Assembly (NCBI GenBank): GCA_965223505.1
Contig: CBDCWP010000039.1
Span: 32,001 to 96,000 of the forward strand
Length of the DNA stretch: 64,000 bases
Direction: 5' to 3'
DNA from: Planctomycetota bacterium
GTDB taxonomy: Bacteria > Planctomycetota > PLA2 > JAEUHO01
The translations under genes and the position numbers were made by a program. The notes under the pieces were generated by a model that had not been told where the DNA came from, did not search any database, and saw nothing but the letters and a program-made list of their open reading frames with translations. Shown here piece by piece: positions 37,754-48,389 of this stretch (position 1 is its first letter; each line of letters begins with the position of its first letter).

Positions 37754-39109
37754 TCATAGGTTCGAAGGGAGGAGCGGGGCGTACCACCAAGCGGCGAGAA
37801 CGATCAGAAGGCCAACACCGAACTGCAGCAGGTCCAGCTTTGGAACCCAGCCGCCGTGCTTGTGAAGTGCCCACGCGGCCACGGGATACAGGAAGAACGA
37901 CGTCGCCGCGTACCCGATCAGCATGCCCGTCGTTCCAGCGACCACGGCGCCTGTCGCAATGCACGCGATGTTGAAGATCATGGCGGCAATGTCGACGAGC
38001 GCGCACCGGAACGAGTCACCGCAGCCAAGCAGAATGCTCCCATATGGCGGCAGTGGTGATACGGCCAGTCCGGCTGCCAAGAGGCGGAGCATCGGGCCGG
38101 CTTCACCATAGCGGTCGTCGTAGAGAAGACTGATGATCTCGGAACCGAAGAGCGCGACCAGTAGCGTGAAGGGAATCCGGATCGCGATCATCGCCCACCG
38201 GACCTTCACCACCTGTTTTCGTACGTGCAGGCGTCCAAGAGCGGCAATCTGCGCATAGGCGGGGAACAGCACCCTTTGTTCGAGCCGACCAATGACCCGC
38301 GAGAGCGAGCTGGAGATGAGAATCGCGATTCCGACGAGGCCGAGAACGGCCTCCGAAACGAAGAAGCCGAAGACGAGCCTGGAGCCGCGCCTCGCCAGGA
38401 ATCCGGCGATCGTTCCGATGAGGATCCACTTGCCGAACTTCAGGATGGCGGCCGCGGCGGTCCTGTCGAGCGCCAGCTGATGTCGATGCCCGCGAAAGAG
38501 AGCGTGACTGATGGCAACCCGCGCGACGCTGGCGATGAGACCGCCCGCGATCAGCGCCCAGACACTCCGAAACAGATACGCGAGCAGCACCGCAAAGCAG
38601 ATCTTGATGAGTTGTATGCCGATTTCGAACAACACGAGCTGCCTCAGCTTGAGCTGTCGATTGAGCACGAAGATCGAAATCGACGTGAATCCGGTGACCG
38701 CGGCGTTCAGGCTCGCCACGGCGAACAGAGCTGGAAGCGCTACGTTTGCATAGGAACTCTGCGCGGAGATGAAGTCCATGCTCTGAAGCGCGTAGAGTGC
38801 GCCGGCGATCAGCCAGCCCAGGATCAACAGTATCAGCCCGCGCAGAATCTGAATGGTCCAGGCGGTGTTCAAGAATAGGGGCTCACGGCCCTCGGGATGG
38901 TGGATCACGCTGGACCCGACGCCGATCTCCGAGAAGAGGTGCAGCAGCTGCTGCAACGATGACACCAGCGCCATCAGGCCGAACGCCTCCGGGAACAACA
39001 GGCGCGTTAGTACGAGATTCGAGGCAAGGCGGAGTCCTTGGCGGGCGTATCCGCTGCCAAGGACCCACATCGATCCCTTGACGACTCGAGTGCGAAGACG
39101 TTGCGTCAT
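37754..39109 (-). CDS. wzx: Wzx-type oligosaccharide flippase
   Basis: LRLASNLVLTRLLFPEAFGLMA, NTAWT.QILRG, many TM segments. Confidence 0.88.
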   Translation of the reverse strand: MTQRLRTRVVKGSMWVLGSGYARQGLRLASNLVLTRLLFPEAFGLMALVSSLQQLLHLFSEIGVGSSVIHHPEGREPLFLNTAWTIQILRGLILLILGWLIAGALYALQSMDFISAQSSYANVALPALFAVASLNAAVTGFTSISIFVLNRQLKLRQLVLFEIGIQLIKICFAVLLAYLFRSVWALIAGGLIASVARVAISHALFRGHRHQLALDRTAAAAILKFGKWILIGTIAGFLARRGSRLVFGFFVSEAVLGLVGIAILISSSLSRVIGRLEQRVLFPAYAQIAALGRLHVRKQVVKVRWAMIAIRIPFTLLVALFGSEIISLLYDDRYGEAGPMLRLLAAGLAVSPLPPYGSILLGCGDSFRCALVDIAAMIFNIACIATGAVVAGTTGMLIGYAATSFFLYPVAAWALHKHGGWVPKLDLLQFGVGLLIVLAAWWYAPLLPSNL

Positions 39110-39353
39110 TTGCGCGTGAGTTTACGCGTAGGCTCGACGCGCCATGCCATTTCGTACGGGAAGTACCGCGGGCACAGATCATCTCGTTCGCTTCGCGTCA
39201 GCATCGTCACCAAGACGGTCGCGCACTTCGTACGTCGTTCGCCTCCAAGTCTCTGTGTGTGCGAGGGAGATCTCCTTGCGAGGGCGGTCGATTCCAGGAG
39301 GATGGGGTCCGTGATTGGAGCCGCAGCGGGCTCGACCCTGGAGATCGCGCCTG

Positions 39354-40727
39354 ATGGGCGGCAACTTTCTCGTTCCTGTTGCGATGTTCGGCGTCGTTCC
39401 GCTCGTCATCGTTCTCTTCTCGCTGCTGCGACCTCACCGCGCGGTCATGGCCGCGTACATCTTCGGCTGGCTCTTCCTTCCGATGGCGCAGTACGACCTG
39501 CCGGGCGCCCCGCCTTGGAACAAGGCAAGCGCCATCGCGTTCTCGGTCCTGTTCGGGATGGTGTTGTTCGACACGCGCGCGTTCGGAAGGTTCAAGTTCA
39601 GGTGGCTCGACGTCCCGATGGCCGTCTGGTTGCTGTGTCCGTTGGCGAGCTCGATCTCCAACGGTCTCGGCGCGTATGACGGCGCGTCGGAGGTGCTCGA
39701 TCAGCTCCTCGTCTGGGGCGTGCCGTACGCGCTGGGGCGGGTCTACTTCAACTCGGCCCAGCGGCTGCGGGAGCTCGCAATCTGGCTCTTCATGGCGGGT
39801 GTAATCTATGCGCCCTTCTGTGCCTGGGAGCTGCGCATGAGCCCGCGGCTCCATCAGACGTTCTATGGCTTCCGCCAGCACGTCTTCGCCCAGGCGGGCC
39901 GCGGTGAGGGCTGGCGGCCGATGGTCTTCATGCAGCACGGGCTCGCCGTCGCGATCTTCATGGCGTCGGCGTCGGTGCTCGGCGTCTGGGTCTGGGCGAG
40001 CAAGGCGGCGCGCGAGATCCGTGGGATTCCCGTCTCGTTTCTCGTGGTGCCTCTGGTGCTCATCTCCGTGATGCTGAAGTCGATGCTGGCGTTCCTGCTG
40101 ATCGGCGTCGGCGTCGGCGTCGTGCTGATGACGCCGCGCATGAGGATTCGGGCGCTGGCCGTCGCGCTCCTGTTCTTCCCGGTCGTCTACATGGGCGTTC
40201 GCGGCTCCGGAGTCTGGTCCGGGGAGCAACTCTTGAAAGTAGCCGAGACGCTCGGCAGCGAGCAGCGTGCGGCATCGCTTCAGACACGCCTCGTCAGCGA
40301 GGAGTACCTGCTCGAGCACGGCAAGGATCGACCGCTGCTCGGGTGGGGTGGCCACGGACGCGCCGTTGTCAGCCGCGACGGCAAGGGGCTGCGCGTACGC
40401 GTCGGCGACGTGGACGTCGCGGTCATTCCCGACGGTTTCTGGGTGATCACGTTCGCGCGGCGCGGCGTCGTCGGCCTTCTGGCGATTACGCTCGCGCTGT
40501 TGCTGCCCGCGCTCGCGGTGATCCGCCGCCTGTCGCCGCGGGACTGGAAGAGTCCCATGGTCGGCGCGGCCGCGGCGCTCGCCGTGATGGTCGGGCTGCA
40601 CGCGGTCGACAACCTCATGAACGCCATGCGCAGCCCCCTGTACGTCATCGCGGTCGGCGCGCTGACCACGTGCGTGTACGGCCTGCGCCGAAGGCCGACG
40701 CACCCGCGGCCCAAGGGTGCACCCTGA
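39354..40727 (+). CDS. O-antigen ligase/Wzy polymerase-like membrane protein
   Basis: ~11 TM; WRPMVFMQHGL, RAASLQTR, RPLLGWGG, DGFWVI; start uncertain. Confidence 0.75.
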   Translation: MGGNFLVPVAMFGVVPLVIVLFSLLRPHRAVMAAYIFGWLFLPMAQYDLPGAPPWNKASAIAFSVLFGMVLFDTRAFGRFKFRWLDVPMAVWLLCPLASSISNGLGAYDGASEVLDQLLVWGVPYALGRVYFNSAQRLRELAIWLFMAGVIYAPFCAWELRMSPRLHQTFYGFRQHVFAQAGRGEGWRPMVFMQHGLAVAIFMASASVLGVWVWASKAAREIRGIPVSFLVVPLVLISVMLKSMLAFLLIGVGVGVVLMTPRMRIRALAVALLFFPVVYMGVRGSGVWSGEQLLKVAETLGSEQRAASLQTRLVSEEYLLEHGKDRPLLGWGGHGRAVVSRDGKGLRVRVGDVDVAVIPDGFWVITFARRGVVGLLAITLALLLPALAVIRRLSPRDWKSPMVGAAAALAVMVGLHAVDNLMNAMRSPLYVIAVGALTTCVYGLRRRPTHPRPKGAP

Positions 40728-40729
40728 CC

Positions 40730-41764
40730 ATGTCGAGTGCGCAGCGCGCCGAGAGCCGTCACGCCGTTCCGTACGTTCTCGTTGCGGGTGCGGGCAAGTC
40801 GGGGACGAAGCGCGTCCTCAAGCTGTTCGACCTGAGCCCCGCGACGCACGTGCGCTGCGAGCCCAACGAGCTCGAAGGCTCCCCGTTCCTACGGCTGCCC
40901 GACTACCAGGTGCCCGAGACGGACGCGGCCGAGCAGCTGGAACGCGGCTGGGACGCGGCGGTCGAGTGGGCATCGGTACGCATGGGCGAGCGAGACCGTT
41001 TTCCCAAGACGGTGAAACACCACATTCGATCCCGTGCTCGAACGCTCGGGCTGCATCGCGTCGTGAGGCACGGCAAGCTGCGTCGCGTCGCCGGGCTCGT
41101 CCTTCCCTCGTTGCGCGGCGCCGAGTGGGCGTACCCGGCGTGGCTCGGCGATCGCGAACGGCTGCGAGAAGCGACGCCCGTCCTGAAGATCGGGCCCGCC
41201 GCGGGCTGGGTGCCGTGGGTGCTCGAGAACCGGTCCCGCGCGCGCGTGGTGGCCGTGATCCGGCACCCCGGCGGGTTCGTCTACTCCCACCGGAAGCGTT
41301 GGCTCGACTTCCAGGACCAGCAACAGGTCGCCCGCGCGAATCGCGAGCGGCTTCGCCGTGTGCTGGCGCTGCGTCCCGGTTGGTCGTTGCCGAGCGCCGA
41401 GGTGGACGCGATGTCGGCCGTCGAGACCGAGCTGTGGTTCTGGCGCTACGTCTACGAGGCGCTGGACCGCGCCGGCCGCGCAACCGGACGCTATCTGCGG
41501 GTCCGGGACGAGGACGTCGTGGCCGACCCCGTTCCGACCGCGAGGCGGCTCTGGTCCTTCTCCGGGGTCGAGCCCGCGGAAGACGCGGAAGCCTACCTCC
41601 GACGCATGACCGATCACTGGCGCGAGCACACGGCGCCGTGGCGAAGCCTCCTCGATACGTCGGACGAGCATCTGGTCGATAAAGTGCTGGAAGGGTCGGC
41701 CCTCGCCTCCCTCTGGGAGGCGGACCAGCGCGTCAGCTTGCCGACGTACCGGGCGTACGAATGA
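40730..41764 (+). CDS. Sulfotransferase family protein
   Basis: 5'-PSB-like VAGAGKSGT followed by EP; 3'-PB-like IRHPGGFVYS; EDVVADP. Confidence 0.72.
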   Translation: MSSAQRAESRHAVPYVLVAGAGKSGTKRVLKLFDLSPATHVRCEPNELEGSPFLRLPDYQVPETDAAEQLERGWDAAVEWASVRMGERDRFPKTVKHHIRSRARTLGLHRVVRHGKLRRVAGLVLPSLRGAEWAYPAWLGDRERLREATPVLKIGPAAGWVPWVLENRSRARVVAVIRHPGGFVYSHRKRWLDFQDQQQVARANRERLRRVLALRPGWSLPSAEVDAMSAVETELWFWRYVYEALDRAGRATGRYLRVRDEDVVADPVPTARRLWSFSGVEPAEDAEAYLRRMTDHWREHTAPWRSLLDTSDEHLVDKVLEGSALASLWEADQRVSLPTYRAYE

Positions 41765-42789
41765 GCGAACAAATCGAGTCACCGTCGCAATCGCCGCCGG
41801 CTGCAGCTCCCGGCGAGGGAGACGTCGCGGAACCGCTCGATCTCGTCGCCGTGGTCCTCAACTACCGCACGCCGGCGCTGACGGTTCGCTGCCTGGCATC
41901 GTTGGTCACGGAGCTGCGTTCGCTCGAGGGCGCCCGGGTCATGGTCGTCGAGAATGGGTCGGGAGACGGGTCGGCGGAGCTACTCGAGGACGCGATTCGA
42001 TCGAACGGCTGGACGGACGTCGCGCAACTGATCGTGTCGCCGCGCAACCTGGGGTTCGCGGGCGGCAACGACCTCGGCTTGCGCCACGCGCCGCGCGCCA
42101 AGACGGTCCTCGCCCTGAACAGCGACGCGGAGGTGCCCGAAGGCGCGCTCTTGCGCAGTCTCGACGTGCTGGCGCAGGACCGTCGGATCGGCGCGCTGGG
42201 TGTTCGCCAGCTCCTTGCGGACGGCACGGCGGAGGTGAACGCCCGCCGGTTCCCGACGCCGGCTCGGATGTTGCTCTGCGCGCTCGGATTGCCGTGGCGA
42301 TTCCCGCGCGTGTTCGGCTGGGCGGACATCCAGGAGCCCGACGACGCGTCGGATCCGACGCCGCGCGACGTGGACTGGCTCGGCGGCGCGTTCCTGCTGC
42401 TGCCCATGCACGCCATCGAGGCCGCAGGCGGCTTCTTCGACACCGACTTCTTCTTCACGGGCGAAGACGTCGAGCTGTGCTTCCGGCTCCGGAGCGCCGG
42501 CTATCGAAGGCGCTACGATCCTTCGATCGAGATTCGACACCTGCACGGCGGATCCTCCGACCCGGACCGTGTGTCGCGCGAACGGCTTCAACGCTTCCTC
42601 TGGACCGCGCGCTACCTCGTGCAACGAAAGTGCTATGGACGCGTGGCGGAGTGGCTGCTGCGTACGACCGACATGCTGATGCACACCGTTCGCGCGCTCG
42701 GCGGGCACGGCAAGCCCACAAGACGCCGTGAGGCGCAGGCGACGCTGCGACTTCTGCGCGAGCTCAGCGGTCCGGGGCGAACCGCATGA
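41761..42789 (+). CDS. Glycosyltransferase family 2 (rhamnosyltransferase-like)
   Basis: VVLNY, ENGSGDGS, NLGFAGGN, LNSD, EDVELCFR. Confidence 0.88.
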   Translation: MSEQIESPSQSPPAAAPGEGDVAEPLDLVAVVLNYRTPALTVRCLASLVTELRSLEGARVMVVENGSGDGSAELLEDAIRSNGWTDVAQLIVSPRNLGFAGGNDLGLRHAPRAKTVLALNSDAEVPEGALLRSLDVLAQDRRIGALGVRQLLADGTAEVNARRFPTPARMLLCALGLPWRFPRVFGWADIQEPDDASDPTPRDVDWLGGAFLLLPMHAIEAAGGFFDTDFFFTGEDVELCFRLRSAGYRRRYDPSIEIRHLHGGSSDPDRVSRERLQRFLWTARYLVQRKCYGRVAEWLLRTTDMLMHTVRALGGHGKPTRRREAQATLRLLRELSGPGRTA

Positions 42790-43952
42790 GCGCTCTCGAT
42801 CGATCACCCGCCCACGCCGCGTCGTCGAACGGCACGGCCGCCCCGCGCGTCCTGCTCACACTGCCCGGCATTCACAGCGTGAATCGCGGCGCCGAGGTGG
42901 CGATGGAGACGTTGGGCGAGGAGCTCGTCCGGCGTGGATGGCGCGTGACGCTCATCGGTTCCGGTGCGGACGACGCCCGCGCCGCCTATCGCTACCTTCG
43001 ATCTCCGTGCCTCTCCCGGGAGCGCTTTCGCGACTTCCCGAAGCTGCCCGTGTTCCGCAGCGAGTACGTCTACGAGGAGGCCTCGTTTCTCCCAGGCGTG
43101 TTGCGCCGCTATCGCCCGAGCGACTACGACGTAACCGTCACTTGTGGTTACCCCTTCCTGAACTGGATGTTGCGCGCGCGCGGCCGCCGGGCCGACCGGC
43201 CCGCACACGTGTTCGTGACCCACAACGGCGATTGGCCTGCGCGGAACGACCGCCGCGAGTTCAAGTATTTCGGATGTGACGGTCTCGTCTGCACCAGTCA
43301 GGTGTTCTACGAGGCGAATCGAGAGCGTTGGTTCGCGACGTTGATCCCGAACGGCGTCGACGAGAACGTCTTTCAGCCGGGACCGCGTCGCCGCGAGCGC
43401 TTCGGCCTTGCCGCGGACGTGCCGCTCGCCATCACGGTGGGGGCGCTGAACGAGAGCAAGCGCGTGCTCGCCGCCATTTCGTGCGCGGCCGCGGTCGACG
43501 GTCTCCACCTCGCCGTCGTGGGAGACGGGCCGCTTCGGGGCCGGGTGGAAGCCGAGGGCAACATGAGGATGCCGGGGCGTTTCTCGCTTCATCGACTTCC
43601 GCCGGACGCCATGCCGGATCTCTACCGTAGCGCCGACGTGCTGCTCCACATGAGCCGGGAGGAGCCCTTCGGGATCATCTACCTGGAGGCGTTGGCCACC
43701 GGCCTGCCCATCGTCGCCGACGACAATCCGACGACGCGCTGGATCGTGCAAGATCAGGGAACCCTGGTCGACGCGCGCGACGCCAAGGCGGTCGCAGAAG
43801 GGCTGCGTACGACGCTGGCCTCCGACGACCCGTCACTGCAGGGCGCCCGCCGCGATGTCGTCCTGCGCCGCTTCACCTACGCGGCCGTTGCCGACGCCTA
43901 CGACGCGTTCCTGCGCGAGGTGATTGCGCGGCGCGCGGGGAGCGAAACATGA
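42786..43952 (+). CDS. Glycosyltransferase family 4
   Basis: RGAE, IPNGVD, VVGDGP, EPFGIIYLEALATGLP. Confidence 0.9.
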   Translation: MSALDRSPAHAASSNGTAAPRVLLTLPGIHSVNRGAEVAMETLGEELVRRGWRVTLIGSGADDARAAYRYLRSPCLSRERFRDFPKLPVFRSEYVYEEASFLPGVLRRYRPSDYDVTVTCGYPFLNWMLRARGRRADRPAHVFVTHNGDWPARNDRREFKYFGCDGLVCTSQVFYEANRERWFATLIPNGVDENVFQPGPRRRERFGLAADVPLAITVGALNESKRVLAAISCAAAVDGLHLAVVGDGPLRGRVEAEGNMRMPGRFSLHRLPPDAMPDLYRSADVLLHMSREEPFGIIYLEALATGLPIVADDNPTTRWIVQDQGTLVDARDAKAVAEGLRTTLASDDPSLQGARRDVVLRRFTYAAVADAYDAFLREVIARRAGSET

Positions 43953-45022
43953 GCCAGGATCGTCGCACGTCGCAAACGAGCGAGTCCGCGACCGCCTCGC
44001 GTTGGGAGCGCGTCGCCGCCGTCGTGATCGGCCGCAACGAGGGCCAGCGCCTGCGCGCGTGCCTGGAGTCCGTCCTCCTGCACTTCGAGCGCGTCGTCTA
44101 CGTGGACTCCGGGTCGGACGACGGGAGCGTCCTGACCGCCGAGCGCGCCGGAGCGCAGGTCCATCGACTCGACCCCTCGCGCCCGTTCACGGCTGCACGG
44201 GCGCGCCAGGAGGGTCTGGATCTGCTGCTTGCCGCGGACCCCGATCTACCCCTCGTGCATTTCATCGACGGCGATTGCGTGATGCAACGCGAATGGCCGG
44301 CCGCCGCCGTCGCCGCGCTCGACAAGCATGCCGACGTCGCCGCGGTCACCGGGCGGCGTCGCGAGGAGCGTCCGGACGCGTCAGTCTGGAATCGTCTGAT
44401 CGACATCGACTGGGACATTCCGCCGGGCGACGTCCCCTACGTGGGCGGGGATGCCTTGTTCCGGGTCGACCCGCTGCGCGAAGCAGGAGGATGGCCGCTC
44501 GACCTCATCGCCGGCGAGGAACCCGATCTGTGTTTCCGCATGCGCAAGGCGGGATGGCGCATCCTGCGGTTGCGCGCCGAGATGACGCTGCACGACGTCG
44601 CGATGGGCAGCTTCGCCGAGTACTGGCGGCGAAGCGTCCGCTCGGGTCACGCATGCGTGGAGGTCGCGGCGCGTCATCCGGGCCCCATCGGGTTCCCGTG
44701 GCGCCGACAGACGCTCTCGATCGTCTGCTACGGACTCGGACTACCCTTCGTGATCGCGGGTAGTGCCTTGTTTTGGTGGCCGCTCGTTTTGGTCGGATTG
44801 CTTTGGCTCAAGCCGGCGTTCGGCCTCTTTCATCGTGCTCGCAAACAAGGACGGTCCTGGTCTCTTTCCCTGGGCTACGCTCTCGTGAACATGGTGTGCA
44901 AGGTCGGCGGCTCGCTGGGCGTGCTGCGGTTCATCTTCGGACGCCTCACGGGCCAACGATCGGGGATCATGGAGTACAAGAAGATGCAGGCCGCCCCGCG
45001 CGAGCAGACATCGGGATCCTGA
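43949..45022 (+). CDS. Glycosyltransferase family 2
   Basis: VVIGRNEG, VYVDSGSDDGS, FIDGDC, LIAGEEPDLC. Confidence 0.9.
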   Translation: MSQDRRTSQTSESATASRWERVAAVVIGRNEGQRLRACLESVLLHFERVVYVDSGSDDGSVLTAERAGAQVHRLDPSRPFTAARARQEGLDLLLAADPDLPLVHFIDGDCVMQREWPAAAVAALDKHADVAAVTGRRREERPDASVWNRLIDIDWDIPPGDVPYVGGDALFRVDPLREAGGWPLDLIAGEEPDLCFRMRKAGWRILRLRAEMTLHDVAMGSFAEYWRRSVRSGHACVEVAARHPGPIGFPWRRQTLSIVCYGLGLPFVIAGSALFWWPLVLVGLLWLKPAFGLFHRARKQGRSWSLSLGYALVNMVCKVGGSLGVLRFIFGRLTGQRSGIMEYKKMQAAPREQTSGS

Positions 45023-45028
45023 GCTGCG

Positions 45029-46099
45029 ATGAGCGGTGCGAGGCAAGCAGGAGAGACCCCGTTGCGTGCGGCGGTGATCGGAGCGGGTCGGATCGCCGAT
45101 CAGCACCTGGGATTCCTGCAGTCGTTCCCGCGCGCGCATCTCGTCGGCGTCTGTGACCGAACGCCGGTGCTGGCCGACTTCGCGGCCGAGCGATTCGAGG
45201 CCGATGCGGCGTTCACCGATCATGCGCGCATGCTCGCCAAGACGTCGCCGGACGTCGTTCACGTCCTCACCCCGCCGCACACACACATCCAGCTGGTGAC
45301 GGACGCTCTCGAGTGCGGCGCGGACGTGATCGCGGAGAAGCCGGTCGCGCCGACGCGCGCCGCGTTCGAGGGCCTGTGGCGCCTTGCAGAAGAACGCGGG
45401 CGGCGGCTGACGGAGGTTCAGAACTACCGCTTCAACAGGCCCGTGCGCGAGATCGAACGGCTGCTTCGCGAAGGCCACCTCGGAGACGTGGCCGAGGTCG
45501 AGGTCCGTATGGCACTCAACCTGGCGAGCGGGCGCTACGCGGACGCGAATCTCCCGCACCCGAGCCACGGCCTGCCGGCGGGGGTGATCCACGAGTTCAT
45601 CACGCATCTGACCTATCTCACCCTGCAGTTCACCGGGGGCTTCGACGACGTCGACGCCCACTGGAACAACTACGGCGGGGGCGACCTGTTCCGCTTCGAC
45701 GACCTGGATGCGCTGGTGACGCACGGCCCCCTGCGCGCGCGCATCCGGTTCACGGCGCGTACCCAGCCGGACTGTTTCCAAGTGACGGTGCGCGGGACGC
45801 GCGGCGAGGCGGTCGCGGAGCTTTTTCAGCCGCACGTGCGTGTGACCGTGCCTCGCGGCGGCGGGCCGCTCGGGCCGCTCGTGAACCTGTGGAAGAGCGG
45901 CAAGGCGTTGAAGTCGGCGGCCGTGCGGGGTTTTCGCGACAAGGTCATGCAGCGCACCCCGTACGAGGGCCTGCACTACTTCCTCGGCCGCACCTACGAT
46001 GCGATCCGTGCGAGCGAACCGCTCCCGGTGGGGCACGCGGAGATCGATGGAACCCTCGCGTTGATCGACGCGCTCCTCGAGGGGGTCGACGTCGAATGA
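45029..46099 (+). CDS. Gfo/Idh/MocA family oxidoreductase
   Basis: VIGAGRIA, VHVLTPP.TH, AEKP. Confidence 0.88.
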   Translation: MSGARQAGETPLRAAVIGAGRIADQHLGFLQSFPRAHLVGVCDRTPVLADFAAERFEADAAFTDHARMLAKTSPDVVHVLTPPHTHIQLVTDALECGADVIAEKPVAPTRAAFEGLWRLAEERGRRLTEVQNYRFNRPVREIERLLREGHLGDVAEVEVRMALNLASGRYADANLPHPSHGLPAGVIHEFITHLTYLTLQFTGGFDDVDAHWNNYGGGDLFRFDDLDALVTHGPLRARIRFTARTQPDCFQVTVRGTRGEAVAELFQPHVRVTVPRGGGPLGPLVNLWKSGKALKSAAVRGFRDKVMQRTPYEGLHYFLGRTYDAIRASEPLPVGHAEIDGTLALIDALLEGVDVE

Positions 46100-47133
46100 G
46101 GTTCCTCGTTACCGGCGCCACCGGCTTTCTCGGGCGCTACGTCGTCGCGACGGCGATGCAGCGCGGGCACTCCGTTCGCGCGCTCGTTCGGCCTGCGACG
46201 TCCCTGCCGCGCGAGTGGACCGGTGCCGCCGCCCCCGAGACCGTCCGGGTCGACCTGCGCAATCCGGAAGGACTCGTCGACGCGCTGCGCGACGTGGACG
46301 TCGTCCTTCATCTCGCCGCGGCGAAGGCGGGCGATCTGCATGCACAGCTCGCCGGCACCGTCGTCGCAACGGACAACCTCATCGCGGCGATGGGGGAGGC
46401 CGGCGTCGAGCGCATGGTGCTCACCAGCACCTTTTCCGTCTACGACTGGCTCGGGATGAGCGCGTTCACCGTCGTCGACGAGGCGTCGCCGCTCGAGCCC
46501 CGACCCGCGTCGCGCGATGCGTACTGCCAGACCAAGCTCATGCAGGAACGCAGGGTGCGCGAAGCAGAAGCGAAGGGACTGCTCCGAGCGGCGATCGTCC
46601 GTCCCGGCGCGATCTACGGCCCCGGCGAAACCTGGACGGCGCGGCTCGGCTCCAAGCTGTCCGACAAGCTCTGGGTCCGAACGGGCGCGTGGGCGCGGTT
46701 GCCGCTCGTCCACGTCGAGTCGTGCGCGGACCTCGTCGTGCTCTGCGCCGAGCGAGAAGAGGCGCTGGGCGAGGTGTTCGTCGCGGTCGCAGACGCGCTT
46801 CCGACACAGCGGCGCTACCTCGGGGCTCTCGCGCGCCACACCCGGCCGCGTCCTCGATTGATTCGGATCCCCTGGACGGTCATGCGTTGCATCGCGCGGT
46901 TCGGTTGGTTCGTGAATCGGATCTTCCTGAAGGGCCGCGCCAAGGTCCCGCAGATCCTCTCCCCGGCGAGCCTGCACGCGCGCTGCAAGCCGTTCCGCTA
47001 CTCGAACGAGAAGGCGAAACGCGTGCTCGGCTGGAAGCCTCGCTACGGCTTTCCGGAAGGACTCGACCGTTGTTTCACGCACGTCGAGGTTCCGTCCGGC
47101 GCCCCGGTCGAAACCGATGGAGCCTCACGATGA
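46096..47133 (+). CDS. NAD-dependent epimerase/dehydratase
   Basis: LVTGATGFLG, HLAA, YCQTK, RPGAIYGPG; ATGA overlap. Confidence 0.88.
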   Translation: MRFLVTGATGFLGRYVVATAMQRGHSVRALVRPATSLPREWTGAAAPETVRVDLRNPEGLVDALRDVDVVLHLAAAKAGDLHAQLAGTVVATDNLIAAMGEAGVERMVLTSTFSVYDWLGMSAFTVVDEASPLEPRPASRDAYCQTKLMQERRVREAEAKGLLRAAIVRPGAIYGPGETWTARLGSKLSDKLWVRTGAWARLPLVHVESCADLVVLCAEREEALGEVFVAVADALPTQRRYLGALARHTRPRPRLIRIPWTVMRCIARFGWFVNRIFLKGRAKVPQILSPASLHARCKPFRYSNEKAKRVLGWKPRYGFPEGLDRCFTHVEVPSGAPVETDGASR

Positions 47134-48389
47134 GCCATCGGATCGGCTACCTGACCGGCGAGTACCCGCGCGCAACGGACACGTTCATCCAGCGCGAGGT
47201 GATGGGGCTGCGCGCGCTCGGCTTCCACGTCGAGACGATCTCCATCCGTCGTCCGAAGCAGCTCGAGCGCGCCGCCAAGCCCATCGACACCGGCACGACG
47301 AGCTACGTGCTGCCGCCCGGCTTCTTCGCGTTCCTGGGCGCGCATCTCGGATCGCTGTTGACGTCGCCCGTTCGATACGCCCGCACGTTCGTCCTCGCGA
47401 TGCGCACCCGCGCGCCCGGGCTGCGCGGGTTCGCGCGCCAGCTGTTCTACTTCATGGAGGCGGCGCTCGTCGCGCGACTGGTTCGCCGGCACCGGCTCGC
47501 GCACGTCCACAATCACTTCGCGAGCTCGAGCTGTACTGTGGCGATGCTCGCGTCCGAGCTGGGTGGGTTTCCCTTCAGCTTCACGATTCACGGCCCGGCC
47601 ATCTTCTACGAGCCGCATCGCTGGCGGATTGACGAGAAGGTCCGCAGGGCGCGCTTCGTCAACTGCATCAGTCACTTCTGCCGCAGTCAGGTGATGGTGT
47701 TCTCCGACGCCGGAGACTGGGACAAGCTCTGCATCGTGCACTGCGGTGTCGAGCCCGACGCGTACGGCCGACGGGATCACCAGGGCGCCGCGAAACGGCT
47801 GGTGTTCGTCGGCCGGCTCGCTCGCGTCAAGGGGCTGTCGGTGCTTCTGCGCGCGTTTCGCGCCGTGCACGCGTCGCACCCGGATCTCGCGCTCACCCTC
47901 GTCGGCGACGGTCCCGAGCGGACGGAGCTCGAGCAAGAGGCGACCGACCTCGGCGTCGGGGACGCGGTGCGCTTCGCCGGCTATCAGACCGCCGAGGAAG
48001 TGCGCGCGCATCTGGCGGGGTCCGACGTCTTCGTCATGGCGAGCTTCGCCGAAGGCGTGCCGGTCGTCTTGATGGAGGCGATGGCGGCCGGTCTGCCGGT
48101 GATCGCCTCGAACGTCGCGGGTACGACGGAGCTCGTCGAGGACGGCGTCTCCGGTCGCCTCGTGTCGCCCGGGGACGAAGCGGGGCTCGTCGAGGCGCTC
48201 TCGGAGCTCGTCGAGGACGCGGCCCTTCGCGGTCGCCTCGGGCTCGCGGCGCAGGCCAAGGTTCACGTGGCGTTCGACATCGACAAGGAGGTCGCACACC
48301 TGGCCGCGATCCTGAGCGCTTCGCTCGACGGCACCGCCGTCCCGGCGCGCCCGGGTGTCGCGAACGACGCGGTGGAGGCCCGATCATGA
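47130..48389 (+). CDS. Glycosyltransferase family 4 (WcaL-like)
   Basis: [36 protein letters not shown]. Confidence 0.9.
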   Translation: MSHRIGYLTGEYPRATDTFIQREVMGLRALGFHVETISIRRPKQLERAAKPIDTGTTSYVLPPGFFAFLGAHLGSLLTSPVRYARTFVLAMRTRAPGLRGFARQLFYFMEAALVARLVRRHRLAHVHNHFASSSCTVAMLASELGGFPFSFTIHGPAIFYEPHRWRIDEKVRRARFVNCISHFCRSQVMVFSDAGDWDKLCIVHCGVEPDAYGRRDHQGAAKRLVFVGRLARVKGLSVLLRAFRAVHASHPDLALTLVGDGPERTELEQEATDLGVGDAVRFAGYQTAEEVRAHLAGSDVFVMASFAEGVPVVLMEAMAAGLPVIASNVAGTTELVEDGVSGRLVSPGDEAGLVEALSELVEDAALRGRLGLAAQAKVHVAFDIDKEVAHLAAILSASLDGTAVPARPGVANDAVEARS

